Shown here piece after piece: positions 10,601-22,600 of a stretch of DNA of 64,000 nucleotides. How positions within the stretch are numbered: position 1 is the first letter of the stretch; every line of letters starts with the position of its first letter. Position numbers and translations under genes: made by a program. The stretch is from Obrimoposthia wandeli (lineage: Eukaryota), in the NCBI GenBank assembly GCA_977020255.1, contig CDROCS010001491.1:1612001-1676000 (forward strand). Direction: 5' to 3'. The notes under the pieces are model-generated. The model was not told the origin of the DNA. It was given only the letters and a program-made list of their open reading frames with translations, and made no database searches.

Positions 10601-13600
10601 TTGACATAAATAAAAATATTCATGCTAAAATGAGAATTACAATTTATTATTTAGCTGAATATGAATACGAAATAAAATTTAATCAAAATTATTTGATACA
10701 AGATAGTTCTTCATTATGTAATATTATAGCCAGTAAATGTAATGAAATTTTTAAAAGCTGTAATATAGATTCAGACGGATTATTTGATATTTTAATAAAG
10801 AAAAATGTAAAATCAGTTTTATTTGACGAAAAACTTGCATCTTTATTAGGTTTAAATAATGTTTTCTTTGAGAAACGAATTAAAGGTTTTCAAAAACCAA
10901 CACTTTCTAACTCATATAATCAAATGTATATTTATACTAGTTTAACAGATTCTGTCTTAGTAGGATCTGATTATGTTCCACTGTTAAAGTCTATTTGGTT
11001 AAAATCATTAAAATATCGATATGGAGATGTAGTAAATGTTAAAATTGATAATCCAATGTACTTGAAAATGAGAGATTCAAGTATTAATAGAATCGAGGTA
11101 AATATACGTGATGATTCTGGTAATTTAATTCCATTTTCATATGGAGCAAAAAAACTAGTTTAACTCTTCATTTACGTAAAGTATAAACAATATAAATATA
11201 TTTAAAATATAAACATATATAAAATGAATACATCAATTATAAAATTTTATAGCAAAAGTCAACAGGGCGGTGAACTTCCCTATTTCATTGGTAAACAATA
11301 TGGATCTGGTTGGTATCAAACTATTTCTAGATTAGCTATTCCATTTATTAAAAAATTTGGTTTATCAGCAGCTACAAGTGCTGCCAATGTAATTGGTGAA
11401 ACGGTAGGAACTGCGTTAACAAATCCAAAAAACATAATTTCATCTCTCAAAGAAAATACAATCAAAGAAGTCAAAACTTTGATTCCAAAATTAAAAAATA
11501 ATGCTGTTGAGAGTTTAAATAAAGTCGCAAATTGTGTTGAACAAAATGGAAGGGTCTTAAACGTAAAAGAAATAATTTAAATAGTATAAACAAACGTCTT
11601 AAAGGTACTATTTTCCAAAAATGACTAGTATAAAATCTGAATTGTGTATTTTCGATAGATCACTACCTCAAGTAGTGATTGAAAATTCAAGTTTTGAAGA
11701 AATATTTCCAATCAATTCAATTACTGGAAAAAATTTAAATGACATAGAATTTAATATTCATGCATCTGAAGAAGATTATCTGGATTTGAATGATACTTTG
11801 TTAAATATTAAATTAAAAGTTGTAAATGAAGATGGTACTGATTTAATGAAAGATAGCGATGTAACTCCAGAGAATTACATGTTTCAAACTTTGTTTAGAG
11901 ATGTTATTCTAACACTTAATAATGTAAAGGTTGAAGGAGGAAATGGAACGTATACTCATAAGGCTATATTCGATACTCTTTTGAATTTTAGTAGTGATAC
12001 CAAGTATACTAACCTTGAATGTTCCGGGTATGATGATGATGCAGAAAGTCGTAAACAATGGATTAGTGAATCTAAAATATTTTCATTGTGTAATTCAATT
12101 AGATTAGATTTCTTTGATCAACCAAAATATTTGATTCCAGGGATTAATGTTCATTTGAGATTTATGAGAAATCAGCATAATTTTTCGCTCTATTCAGAAA
12201 CTTCAAAACCAATTATTCAAATTCTAGATGCTAGATTGTATGTTAGAAGAGTAAAAGTTGATTCTTCAGTAATGATTGGACATCAGTTAGGTTTGCAAAG
12301 TCAGAATGCAGTTTACCCAATTAGAAAAACTCAGTTAGTAACATATTCAATTCCTCAGGGTTCTTTAGAACTTAATAAAGATCAAATATTCGGAGACTAT
12401 CGTTTACCCAAGTTCATTTTGATTGCTTTCAAAGATACACCTCAGGGTGGTAAGGAATACAAAGTTAAATCTTCTACGTTCAATACATTTAATGTTTCAA
12501 CAATATCATTAGCTAAAAATACAGATTATCGAGAAACTTATAATCTAGATAATAATAATTTTTCATTAGCATATATGCAGTCAATTATTCGAAATATGAA
12601 TATTTTAGATAAAAACGTGAATAATGGTATCAGATTTTCTGATTTTAAATCAGGAAGTTCGATTTTCACTTTTCTATTAGCACCAGATTTTGATATAAAC
12701 ACTACTCAAGTGCCTAAAACTGGTAATTTAAGACTTGAAATTAGATTTAATTCTCCTTTGACCGTTCCAACAAGTGTTTTGATTTACGGAATATTTGATT
12801 CCGAAATTCAGATTACGAAAAATAAAACTGTGATTGTATGAAGTAAGCTTATTGTATATTATATTCTTTATTTAAATTAGTACTTTAGAAATTTATAAAT
12901 CCGGAAAAATATTATTGAATAACAAATTTAATGGAGTATATTCATTGGATAAAATTCCATCATTAAAACCCGGAGGCTACATTATCAATACTCATACTTC
13001 AAATCTACCAGGCGAACATTGGATAGCAATATTCGTTGACAGATTCGAGTGTTTGACCCTTTTGGATTCTATTATCCTTCAAAGTTGGTGTCTACACTTG
13101 AAAAAGAAAACATTCCAGTCTACTATAATCGAGTTAAATGTCAGAATCCATTAACTAAAAACTGCGGACCTCTGAGTCTTTTATGGTTGAAACTTCAACA
13201 CAAATAATTTGAAGTATAAACAAATATATCATTATAGTATTTCATTTTATTTTTTCAAATGGCTTTTATTGATTTAGAATGTTTTATTGATAATAATGGA
13301 GAATATATTCCAAAGGAATTATGTATAATGTATGTGAATGATATGACTTGTCCATTTCATTACGTGTTTAAAAATCAAATACCATGGAGTAGTTTATCAT
13401 TTACAGTTAAAAGAAAAAATCTATATTTGATAAATCATCATCATCAGTTATCCTGGTTTGAAGGTGAAAGCTCTGATATTCATATTGATGATGTTGAAAC
13501 AATATTCTATGTTATGGATTCTATTGATGGAAAGAAAATTAATTTAGTGAAACGAATGTTTCCAAATTTAAGAATTGTGAATTATAATAAAAGTTTCAAA

Positions 13601-16600
13601 AATTTAAAGAAAATGCCAAAAAATATTCGATGTCCGTTTAGAAAACACGGAAAACATTGTGCTTATTTGAAATGTTTTTCTCTATGTATTGATTATGTAA
13701 ATTGTATATAAATATATTTATTAAGGATATTTATTTTAATATATAATTTATGTTATTTAAATAAATTTTATCATATTTCTTTAGATGTGTAAGCCTAGGA
13801 AAAAACTTTGATCTAAATTTTCACATAGAATAGTGTATGTATGATTACGTAATACATTCCTTAACTGATAAGAGTGAACTTTAGTCTAAATTTTCACATA
13901 GAATAGTGTGTGTGTGTTAAAAACCACATTCCTTAACTGATAAGAGTGAACTTTATCCTAAATTTTCATTATGGACGATCATAGTGGTATACCAAAGAAG
14001 GGTGAAGACTAGACCACTTGACCCTTTGAATTATGGACGATCATAGTGGTTAGCCAAAAGAAGGGTGGATACTAGACCACAAGAGAAGGGTGGAGACTAA
14101 GCCACTTGACCCTTTGAATTAGTGTTAGCCAAAAAGAAGGGTGGAGACTAGATCACAAAAAGAAGGGTGGAGACTAAGCCACTTGACCCTTTGAATTAGT
14201 GGTTAGCCAAAAAGAAGGGTGGAGACTAGACCACAAAAAGAAGGGTGGAGACTAAGCCACTTGACCCTTTGAATTAGTGGTTAGCCAAAAAGAAAGGTGG
14301 AGACTAGACCACAAAAAGAAGGGTGGAGACTAAGCCACTTGACCCTTTGAATTAGTGGTTAGCCAAAAAGAAGGGTGGAGACTAGACCACAAAAAGAAGG
14401 GTGGAGACTAGATCACAAAAAGAAGGGTGGAGACTAAGCCACTTGACCCTTTAACCTATGGACGACCATAGTGGTTAGCCAAAAAAAAGGGTGGAGACTA
14501 AGCCACTTGACCCTTTAACCTATGGACGACCATAGTGGTATATCAAAGAAGGGTGGAGTCTAAGCCACTTGACCCCTCCCCTCCCCCTCCCCCTCCTCCC
14601 TAAAGGGTGTCACACCATAAGGGTGTCTTGCCACACCATAAGGGTATATGTTGCCTCACCAGAGGTGAGGCAACATATACCCTTATGGTGTGGCAAGACA
14701 TCCTTATGGTGTGACACCCTTTAGGGGGGGGTCAAGTGGCTTAGACTCCATCCTTCTACCTACTTAGTTTAAATTGGTTTTTTAATGAGATTTAATGAGA
14801 AACACGCTTTTCCTATTCGAGTGTCATATTTTACGTTGAGGTTTCAAAATGTATTTTAAATGGTCGTTAGTCAAACAAGAACGTACTTTTTTATTGAAGT
14901 TCATGATGGAGAATGTCTGCTAACATTTGTAGGTGCTGCCAAAAAGACAGAACAGTTTCATTGCGGGATCTATAAAAAAAATGTACTTTTTACCATCCAA
15001 ATTTTTGTAGAAATCCTTTAAATCCTTCTCTGTGTTTATTTCGTTACATTACCGAACATTGCTGTTCAATAACTTCCCACTGTCTCTCTGGATCAACAGA
15101 AAAAGTATCTTCAATTAGTTTTAATTGAATGTCTTCCATAGTAGATAAAGTAAATCCTTTTCCAAATTATTCAATCAATAAGTCAATTTGCTTTACAAAA
15201 TTTTCACCCAAGTCGATGGGTTTTTCTGAGGAGTATGCAGAGCACACGTGAGAAATTTTGCCTTTCATCAACTGAGTCCTGAAAAGATTCAATTGCATTT
15301 GAAAACTATTTACTATTGCAAACATTTCAAATACAAATCGATACTTCCCCTCAAACTGTTTATTCACATTATTCAGATGTTTTGTAATATCTCAAAAGAA
15401 AAAATATCCTAATTCCAAGCTTCTACTTTGAGCTCAAGGAATTTTTGTGGTTCTTTTTCAAGGACATTAGTTATTTCTTCTTTCAATGTGACAAAACGCT
15501 GAAGTACTCGTCCACAACCCAACCATCTCGTATGCCAGTGTATGGTAAAGTAAGTTGATGCACTCTAAAAGTTATATGTTTGAGTCCATCTAGATCGGAT
15601 GTAATTTCTCGAAAATAGGCGGAATTCTCGAGTTTTTTACATTAATTGATTACTGAGATTTGAGGAAATGTCAGTTATTCTTCTCTGTATAGTCATTCTT
15701 GATAGACTGACATTCTCTAATAATCTTTTTTTCTGAGCATAATCACGTAACAGCTATTAGCATACACTTCTTTGCAAACTCACCTTTTGTAAAATATTTC
15801 CCAGCAGCAGCAATTTCCCTTGAAATTTGTAAGGTTATGTTGGTACCTGTCTTATTTTGTGTAAATGTTCTTGAACATTTGTGGTATTTAAGATAGATGC
15901 TTTGATTTTTTTTTACCTTTTGATTCAAATTGGAGGGAATGTGATGTTTGGTTTTAAAGTGGAATTGAAGATCGTATTCCTTCGCAATTACTGTCGTTTC
16001 ACGACATACGAGACAAGTTATTTTGTCTTTGAACATAGAAACATATATTTGTTCGTCCATTCTGTTTCTATTTTTCTTTTTTTGTCATGCTCATGGTTAA
16101 AAATAACTGTAGAAATAAACATACACATAAACAAATATTTCGTTTTGTAATTTATTTCCATTAAAATTAATAATCATATAAATATTATATTTTAAAGTCA
16201 AATTATTGAAGTTTTGAAATAAATCATTTGTTATAACAAAATAATATACAAAAATCATATTCAATTTAAAAAAAAAAATTTTAGAAGATTTTTTCCATTC
16301 CTCATATTCGTAATGTTATAATAATATAACTACTGCGGTCCGTTTGTTGTGCAGGTCTGGGTTAACCCAATAAAATTATAAAAATATTAACAATTAATTC
16401 AAAACGATAACTGTAAATTTCAGCAGGATTTAGGCTTTACATTTTCATAGGGTAATTATATATTTTAACTAATTATTATTAAATCTATGTAATTAAATGT
16501 ATTAATAAAGTATTTTGTTTTTGTTTACTTTCAATATTAATGTATTTTGTATATAAATTAATATAATTATTAAATTTTTAAATTAATTAGTTATTAACAT

Positions 16601-19600
16601 TCAACTTTTGAGTTAAATTTTATCTTTTATATATATATTTTACTTAATTATCTCACTTTTGCGTTTCAGTTGATTCTAACAACTGACCTATATATTCATT
16701 ACATTATTAGTAGATTATAATTTTAAAATTTATTTCTTTTTTAGTATTTATGGCAAAGTTTTTATTGCATGAAATCAAAAAATGCCTAATTATTGCCCAA
16801 ATAAACATTATTTTAAAATTTTACCACCAATTATATATTTTGCTTAACTAAATAAATTTAATTCAAAAATTTTGAAATTTATAATTAAATTTAAAAATAA
16901 TTCAACCCTTTTCAAAGTAACAAAGATTTAAATAAAGTGATTTTAACGATTTGTTAATTTTATAATAATGCAAATTGATAAATTAATTTATCAAAATATT
17001 ATTTTAGAACATTTTCCCTGTTCATAATAATGGTATAAAAAAAAGTATATATTAGATTGATAATATAATGGAGGCGAAAAAAACACCATACTCTGATTTC
17101 CTTTGTTGTTACCTTCATTTTTTGATCCAGTACAGTTTATAAGTAGATTTTGGTTTCAAAGTCATATAATGTGGGTTTATATAGATTGACTTGTTCGAGT
17201 GAAGCTATGGGCTTTATATATTATCTGTATTATCTAGAAGTTCTAACTGAAAATCCTGGGTAAAATTTTTTAAAACTTTAAGATGTGTTTGGTTCATCAA
17301 CGTACGACTTTTCATTGTCGAGAAATTCTTCCAAAAAGTTTTAATTAGGAATAGTTTTAATTAACAAAAAGGACAATTTTGTGAAAAATTTCTCGTACGA
17401 CAGTTGTAGAACTTTTCATTATAAAAGGTATAAAATAGTATTTAATTATGCTTCTAGATATAGTTCAGATTCTCAGTGAAGATCGATATATAAAAACTTA
17501 TTCTCAAAAAAAATGAATTTAATAATATTCTTAAATTATGGAGTTTTATTGCAGATCAATGGGTGACTTTTTCAAACAACTTTTTGCTAAAACGCTGATT
17601 GGTAATTTGATTTAAAGTCAGTATTTAAGTTAATTACTGTATTTTACTTTTCAAATGTTTTAAATAACAAATTTTGATTCTGTTGGAGCTAGAGTTCTTA
17701 CACTTCTTAAGGAAGCATTCAACTCGTGAGTTCTTAAAGTTATAGGACTTTCCTGGAAGACGTATCCGAGTAATTCTCAAATCTGAAGTTTAGGACAATT
17801 TCGGACAAAACGTACTGAGTAAAAAATTTATTGTAACACAACGTAGGACAAAAGCTAAAACAGTTTGTTATAGTATAACTTAGGTTAAGACGTACAACAA
17901 ATATATAAATGCAAATAAATTAGGATATAATTAGGATATAATGTAACACAAATAAATAATTTCAAGATTCCCAGCATAGACAAATAAAATTTCGTAATGA
18001 CGATTCAGAATCTCGGGGAGGGTCATATAGCGCTGTGGTTTATCATCTTAACGGGAAAAAATCGACAATTCATAAATTAACTTGCGACTAGAAATTATTG
18101 AGTTTGTTTGCTTTCGATATATGATCCAGGGGTTCACTGCAGTCATTTTAAATATGCTATCTTCTACATCCAGACTTCGTTGAAATCGACCTTGATATTG
18201 TTGTACATCAAAATCGCCTTTGCTTTTTTCTAACCTTTGGGTTGACATATGGAACTTTCTATTGGCTTGATATCGATTCGGATCATCGCTCCACACTCGA
18301 AGAATACAGATTTGTGTGGTTTCAGAGTTTGAGGTGATAACTCGCATCGATCAGCGTGGGTGGTTCCATTGATGATAGTGCGTGTTTGGAGGAGTAATTC
18401 AGCGAGATGTTTACAAGTAAACATATTGTCTGTTGTAACATAATAGCTTTTGTTGTATAAAGGTTCCATCAAGCGCAATCGAACAAACTCCTTATGTCTC
18501 CATATATGTCTGTATATTTCTCTGCCATACTCATTATGTCTCGTGGATCTTACTACCGCACAGAACCAGAAATATTGATCGTAAATTCGCAAAATTTATA
18601 TTCTAATTCCATTTATATGTTGTTGTTTGAGAATGGTGTCATATTTAGAATTAAATAAAGTTTCTTTTCGCTTTTTGATCATTTATACAGCACTCAGCAT
18701 TGTTATAAAAAATGTATGGCGAATGCTTTCAAATTTCAAATTTTGGTTTTCTTTTTTGAAATTGAAAATTACCCATTAGTCGTTTATAAAAAAAAAATTC
18801 AAATATATAGTAATAGGTAAATTTTAAAAATTCACCCCTATTGTTATGTAGCCAAATCCTACTGGGTATTCATCTCGATATTTACAGAGTTTAAAGTATT
18901 GTTAGAACTTAAATATGCATCTGAATGTTTATCTAAAGAATATTAGGCCTATTTATTCCTAGTTCTGCACCGTCAAAATTCAATTTTTTAATGGTTTATT
19001 TCGTTATTTCAACTGGATACCGTGAAATTTTTCATTATTTGGTATCATTTGGTGTCAGGTACAACATAGACTAATGAATTATTAATCATAATGTAATATG
19101 CGTATATTTGAACAGGGAGAGGGAGAAACTATAAAAACTATCAAAGAGGGAGAAATTTAGTTTATTTTACAAATATAAAGTTAACAAAATGAACGTAACA
19201 CTAATAGCAATTACGTTGAAAGGATCCACAGTAATAATTTAACTTTAAAAGGAAAAGATTACACAAGGATACAATTGGTTGTCACCATCTGGTTCAACAT
19301 AAGTTACATTATCTGCAAACGCTTCACCTTCAGAATATCCAAATCTCCAGCTTCATCTCCTTCTTCACTACAACTACTCGTTTCTTTGAAGTCTTATTCA
19401 CTTAATAATTTATCATTCTTGGTTTCTTCACTTCCAGCCTATGTCTATCCAATAAATCTTGCAATCCCGGTGCTGCTCGTTTGCTGCCATAATTGCAATG
19501 AGATTATTTTGATTTTGAATTTTATCAATACCATCACTATTTACATATATTTTTTAAATATAAAATTATATGATTGAACAGAATTTCCTGATATCATAAC

Positions 19601-22600
19601 AGTAGGTAGAAGGATGGAGTCTAGATCACTTGACCCCCCTGTGTGCGCACACCAAGTTAAAGGGTGTCACACCATAAGGGTGTCTTGCCACACCATAAGG
19701 GTATATGTTGCCTCACCATAGAAATGTCACACCATGAAGGTATATGTTGACTCACCATAAGGGTGTCACACCATAAGGGTATATGTTGCCTCACCATAAG
19801 GGTCTGGCTCAGAAAGGTTAAGATAGGGGGGAGGGGGGAAGGGTCAATTGATCTAGTCTCCACCCTTCTTTGATATACCACTATGGTCGTCCATAATTCA
19901 AAGGGTCAAGGTCAGTTTTGACTTGAAGGTTTTAAGGTATGATCATGACCGTCTATGGTTGGCCATCACATCTAAAGGGTTGTGGTCGTCCATAAATCAA
20001 AGAGTCAAGGTCAGTTTTGACTTGAAACTTTGAAGGTACAACTAACATCTAAAGGGTTGTGGTCGTCCATAAATCAAAGGGTCAAGGTCAGTTTTGACTT
20101 GAAACTTTGAAGGTATAATTAAGGTCAACTATGGTTGGCCATCACATCTAAAGGGTTGTGGTCGTCCATAGGTCAAAGGGTCGGACTAAAAAATTAAAAT
20201 ATCAAGGTTTTAGTACATGGTTGTAATCAACTTTAGAAGACGAAGTCACCCATAAAGTATGGTTGGTCATATATGAAGGGTTCGGGATATAGACCAAATC
20301 AAGTTTTAAATGTCAAAGTTTGAATACATGGTTGGAATCATCTTTAGAAGACCATATGTATGGTCGTCCATAGATGAAGGGTTAAAGAAAAGTCGGAATT
20401 TCATAGTTTCAAGTACATGGTTGTATTCGTCAACATATTACGAGTTTAATCATGTAAAATTTTTATGGTCGTTCACAAGTTAAGGGTCAGATTTGGAACA
20501 AACATGATAATTTTATTACATGGTTGTATTTGCTTATGAAAATTGACTTCAAAGATACCCTTAAGGTCATGCATACTTTAAGAGGTCCTTGTGAAAAAAT
20601 AAAAATACTTGTAATTTTCTAAAATAAAAATATTTTTAAATTTAAATTTGTGCCAAATTATTTTGTTAGATTTTGGTAAAGATAAACAAATTTTTAATTT
20701 AACGGGTTTTTTTAAGATATTAAAGTAACATTATTTAAAATAAATATTAAGGAAAATGTTAATAAACTCAAATTACTTTACTAATAGTATTATTATTATT
20801 ATTATTATTATTTGATAAATATTTAAATTTACGCAAATTTTTATCCATTTTATTAATGTAATTAAACAATTCCTGGTCCTGGTGAAAAATAAAAAAAAAA
20901 ATACTTGTAATTTTCTAAAATAAAAATATTTTTAAATTTAAATTTGTGCCAAATTATTTTGTTAGATTTTGGTAAAGTTAAACAAATTTTAATTTAACGG
21001 GTTTTTTAAGATATTAAAGTAACATTAATTAAAATAAATATTAAGGAAAAAAGTTAATAAACTCAAATTACTTTACAAACAGTATTATTATTATTATTTT
21101 ATTTATTTTTTTCATAAATATTTAAATTTACGCAAATTTTTATCCATTTTATTAATATAATTAAACAATTCTTTGCGGAAAAATTACTTTTAATTTTGTT
21201 TTTTCTTCAAAATAATAATAATTTAAATTTACGCCAATTTAATTTATTATATATTATTAAAGTTAAACAAATTTTAATTTAACAAGTTTTTAAATAAAAT
21301 ATTAAAGTACCAACACATCTATCAATCAATTATTCTATGTGAAAGTTCACTCACTCAATGTATTACGTAATCACACACACACTATTCTATGTGAAAATTT
21401 AGTACAAAGTTTTTCCCAGGCTTAGGCATCTAAAGAATTATGGTAAAATTTCTTTAAATAACTTAAATTTCATGTCATAAGGGTCTTGGAGAAAAATACT
21501 TGTAATTTTCTAAAATAAAAATATTTTTTAAATTTAAATTTGTGCCAAATTTTTCATCGTTTCTTTGATTTAATTAAACAAATTTGATTTTAAACATAAT
21601 GTTAATTATAAAATAATTAATAATTTGATAAATATTCATCTTACCACAAGTTATTCATCGAATCCATTGATGTATGTCCGTCAGCCTAATAGCATTATTC
21701 TATATTCTAACTGTAACTTTAGAAAAAATAACAAATTTATTACATTAAAATTTAAAAATTGCGCGGTTTTTTATTGTTTACAATTAATGTATTTAAACAA
21801 TGACGAAAATAGTTTCAAACGTAAAACAATTCATATAAATTATAACTAATTTATTAAAATAAACAAATTTACAAGTACTATTTGATATTTTTAAAATATA
21901 AATAATTTATTTAAAAAAAAAAAGAAGAATACTTCAGTTAAATTTTGATAAAAATCTGTAAAATGATAAATTCTAACATATTTTTTAAATTACCGCCATT
22001 TTTATATTATCCCTTTTGATGTATTTAAACAAATGTATATACAAACCTAATTATTATAACTATAAGTTAAATATCTTAAATATTTATTAATTTTAAAATT
22101 GCATTATTTTATGCCTAAAATAATTTGTAATTTTCAAATTAATACTAGCAACCAATGAATAACATTAATAATATGTTTACATTATATTAATTAATATGTA
22201 AATTTTCATGTATGTGTTTTCTCTCACATAACTTTCACATGTTATAATGATCAATTAACACTCACATAAATAATTAAAACATCCTTATAACATTCCTTAA
22301 TTGATTTTTATTTAAACTGATAAAATTAACTTCATGTTATTCAAAGCTTACTAATTAAAGAAATGTTTATTTATATAATTTGAGTATCAACTTTATTCGA
22401 TTTACACTATAAATATTCGAAAATATCTTTAACACATTAAAAATAATCATAACTTCATGTTATTCAAAGTTTACTAGTTAAAGAAATGTTTATTTATATA
22501 ATTTGAGTATTAACTTTATTCGATTTACACTATAAATATTCGAAAATATCTTTAACACATTAAAAATAATCATAACTTCATGTTATTCAAAGTTTACTAG

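Larger units (their letters stand above)
2308..14764. mobile_element. Full-length Polinton/Maverick (adintovirus-like endogenous virus), 12,457 bp
   Basis: Termini AGTAGGTAGAAGG...CCTTCTACCTACT, identical 6-bp TSD TAGTTT (2302-2307 and 14765-14770), long TIRs, and the canonical gene set (pPolB, ATPase, integrase, penton, MCP, protease). Confidence 0.97.
2212..16359 (-). mobile_element. Old hAT (GTF2IRD2/SPIN/Charlie-like) DNA transposon interrupted by the Polinton
   Basis: Degenerate TIR-like ends CAGGGTTACACAAC (2212) and GTTGTGCAGGTCTG (to 16359). Transposase relic at 14830-16080. The Polinton sits just past the transposase C-terminus. No matching 8-bp TSD found. Confidence 0.6.
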
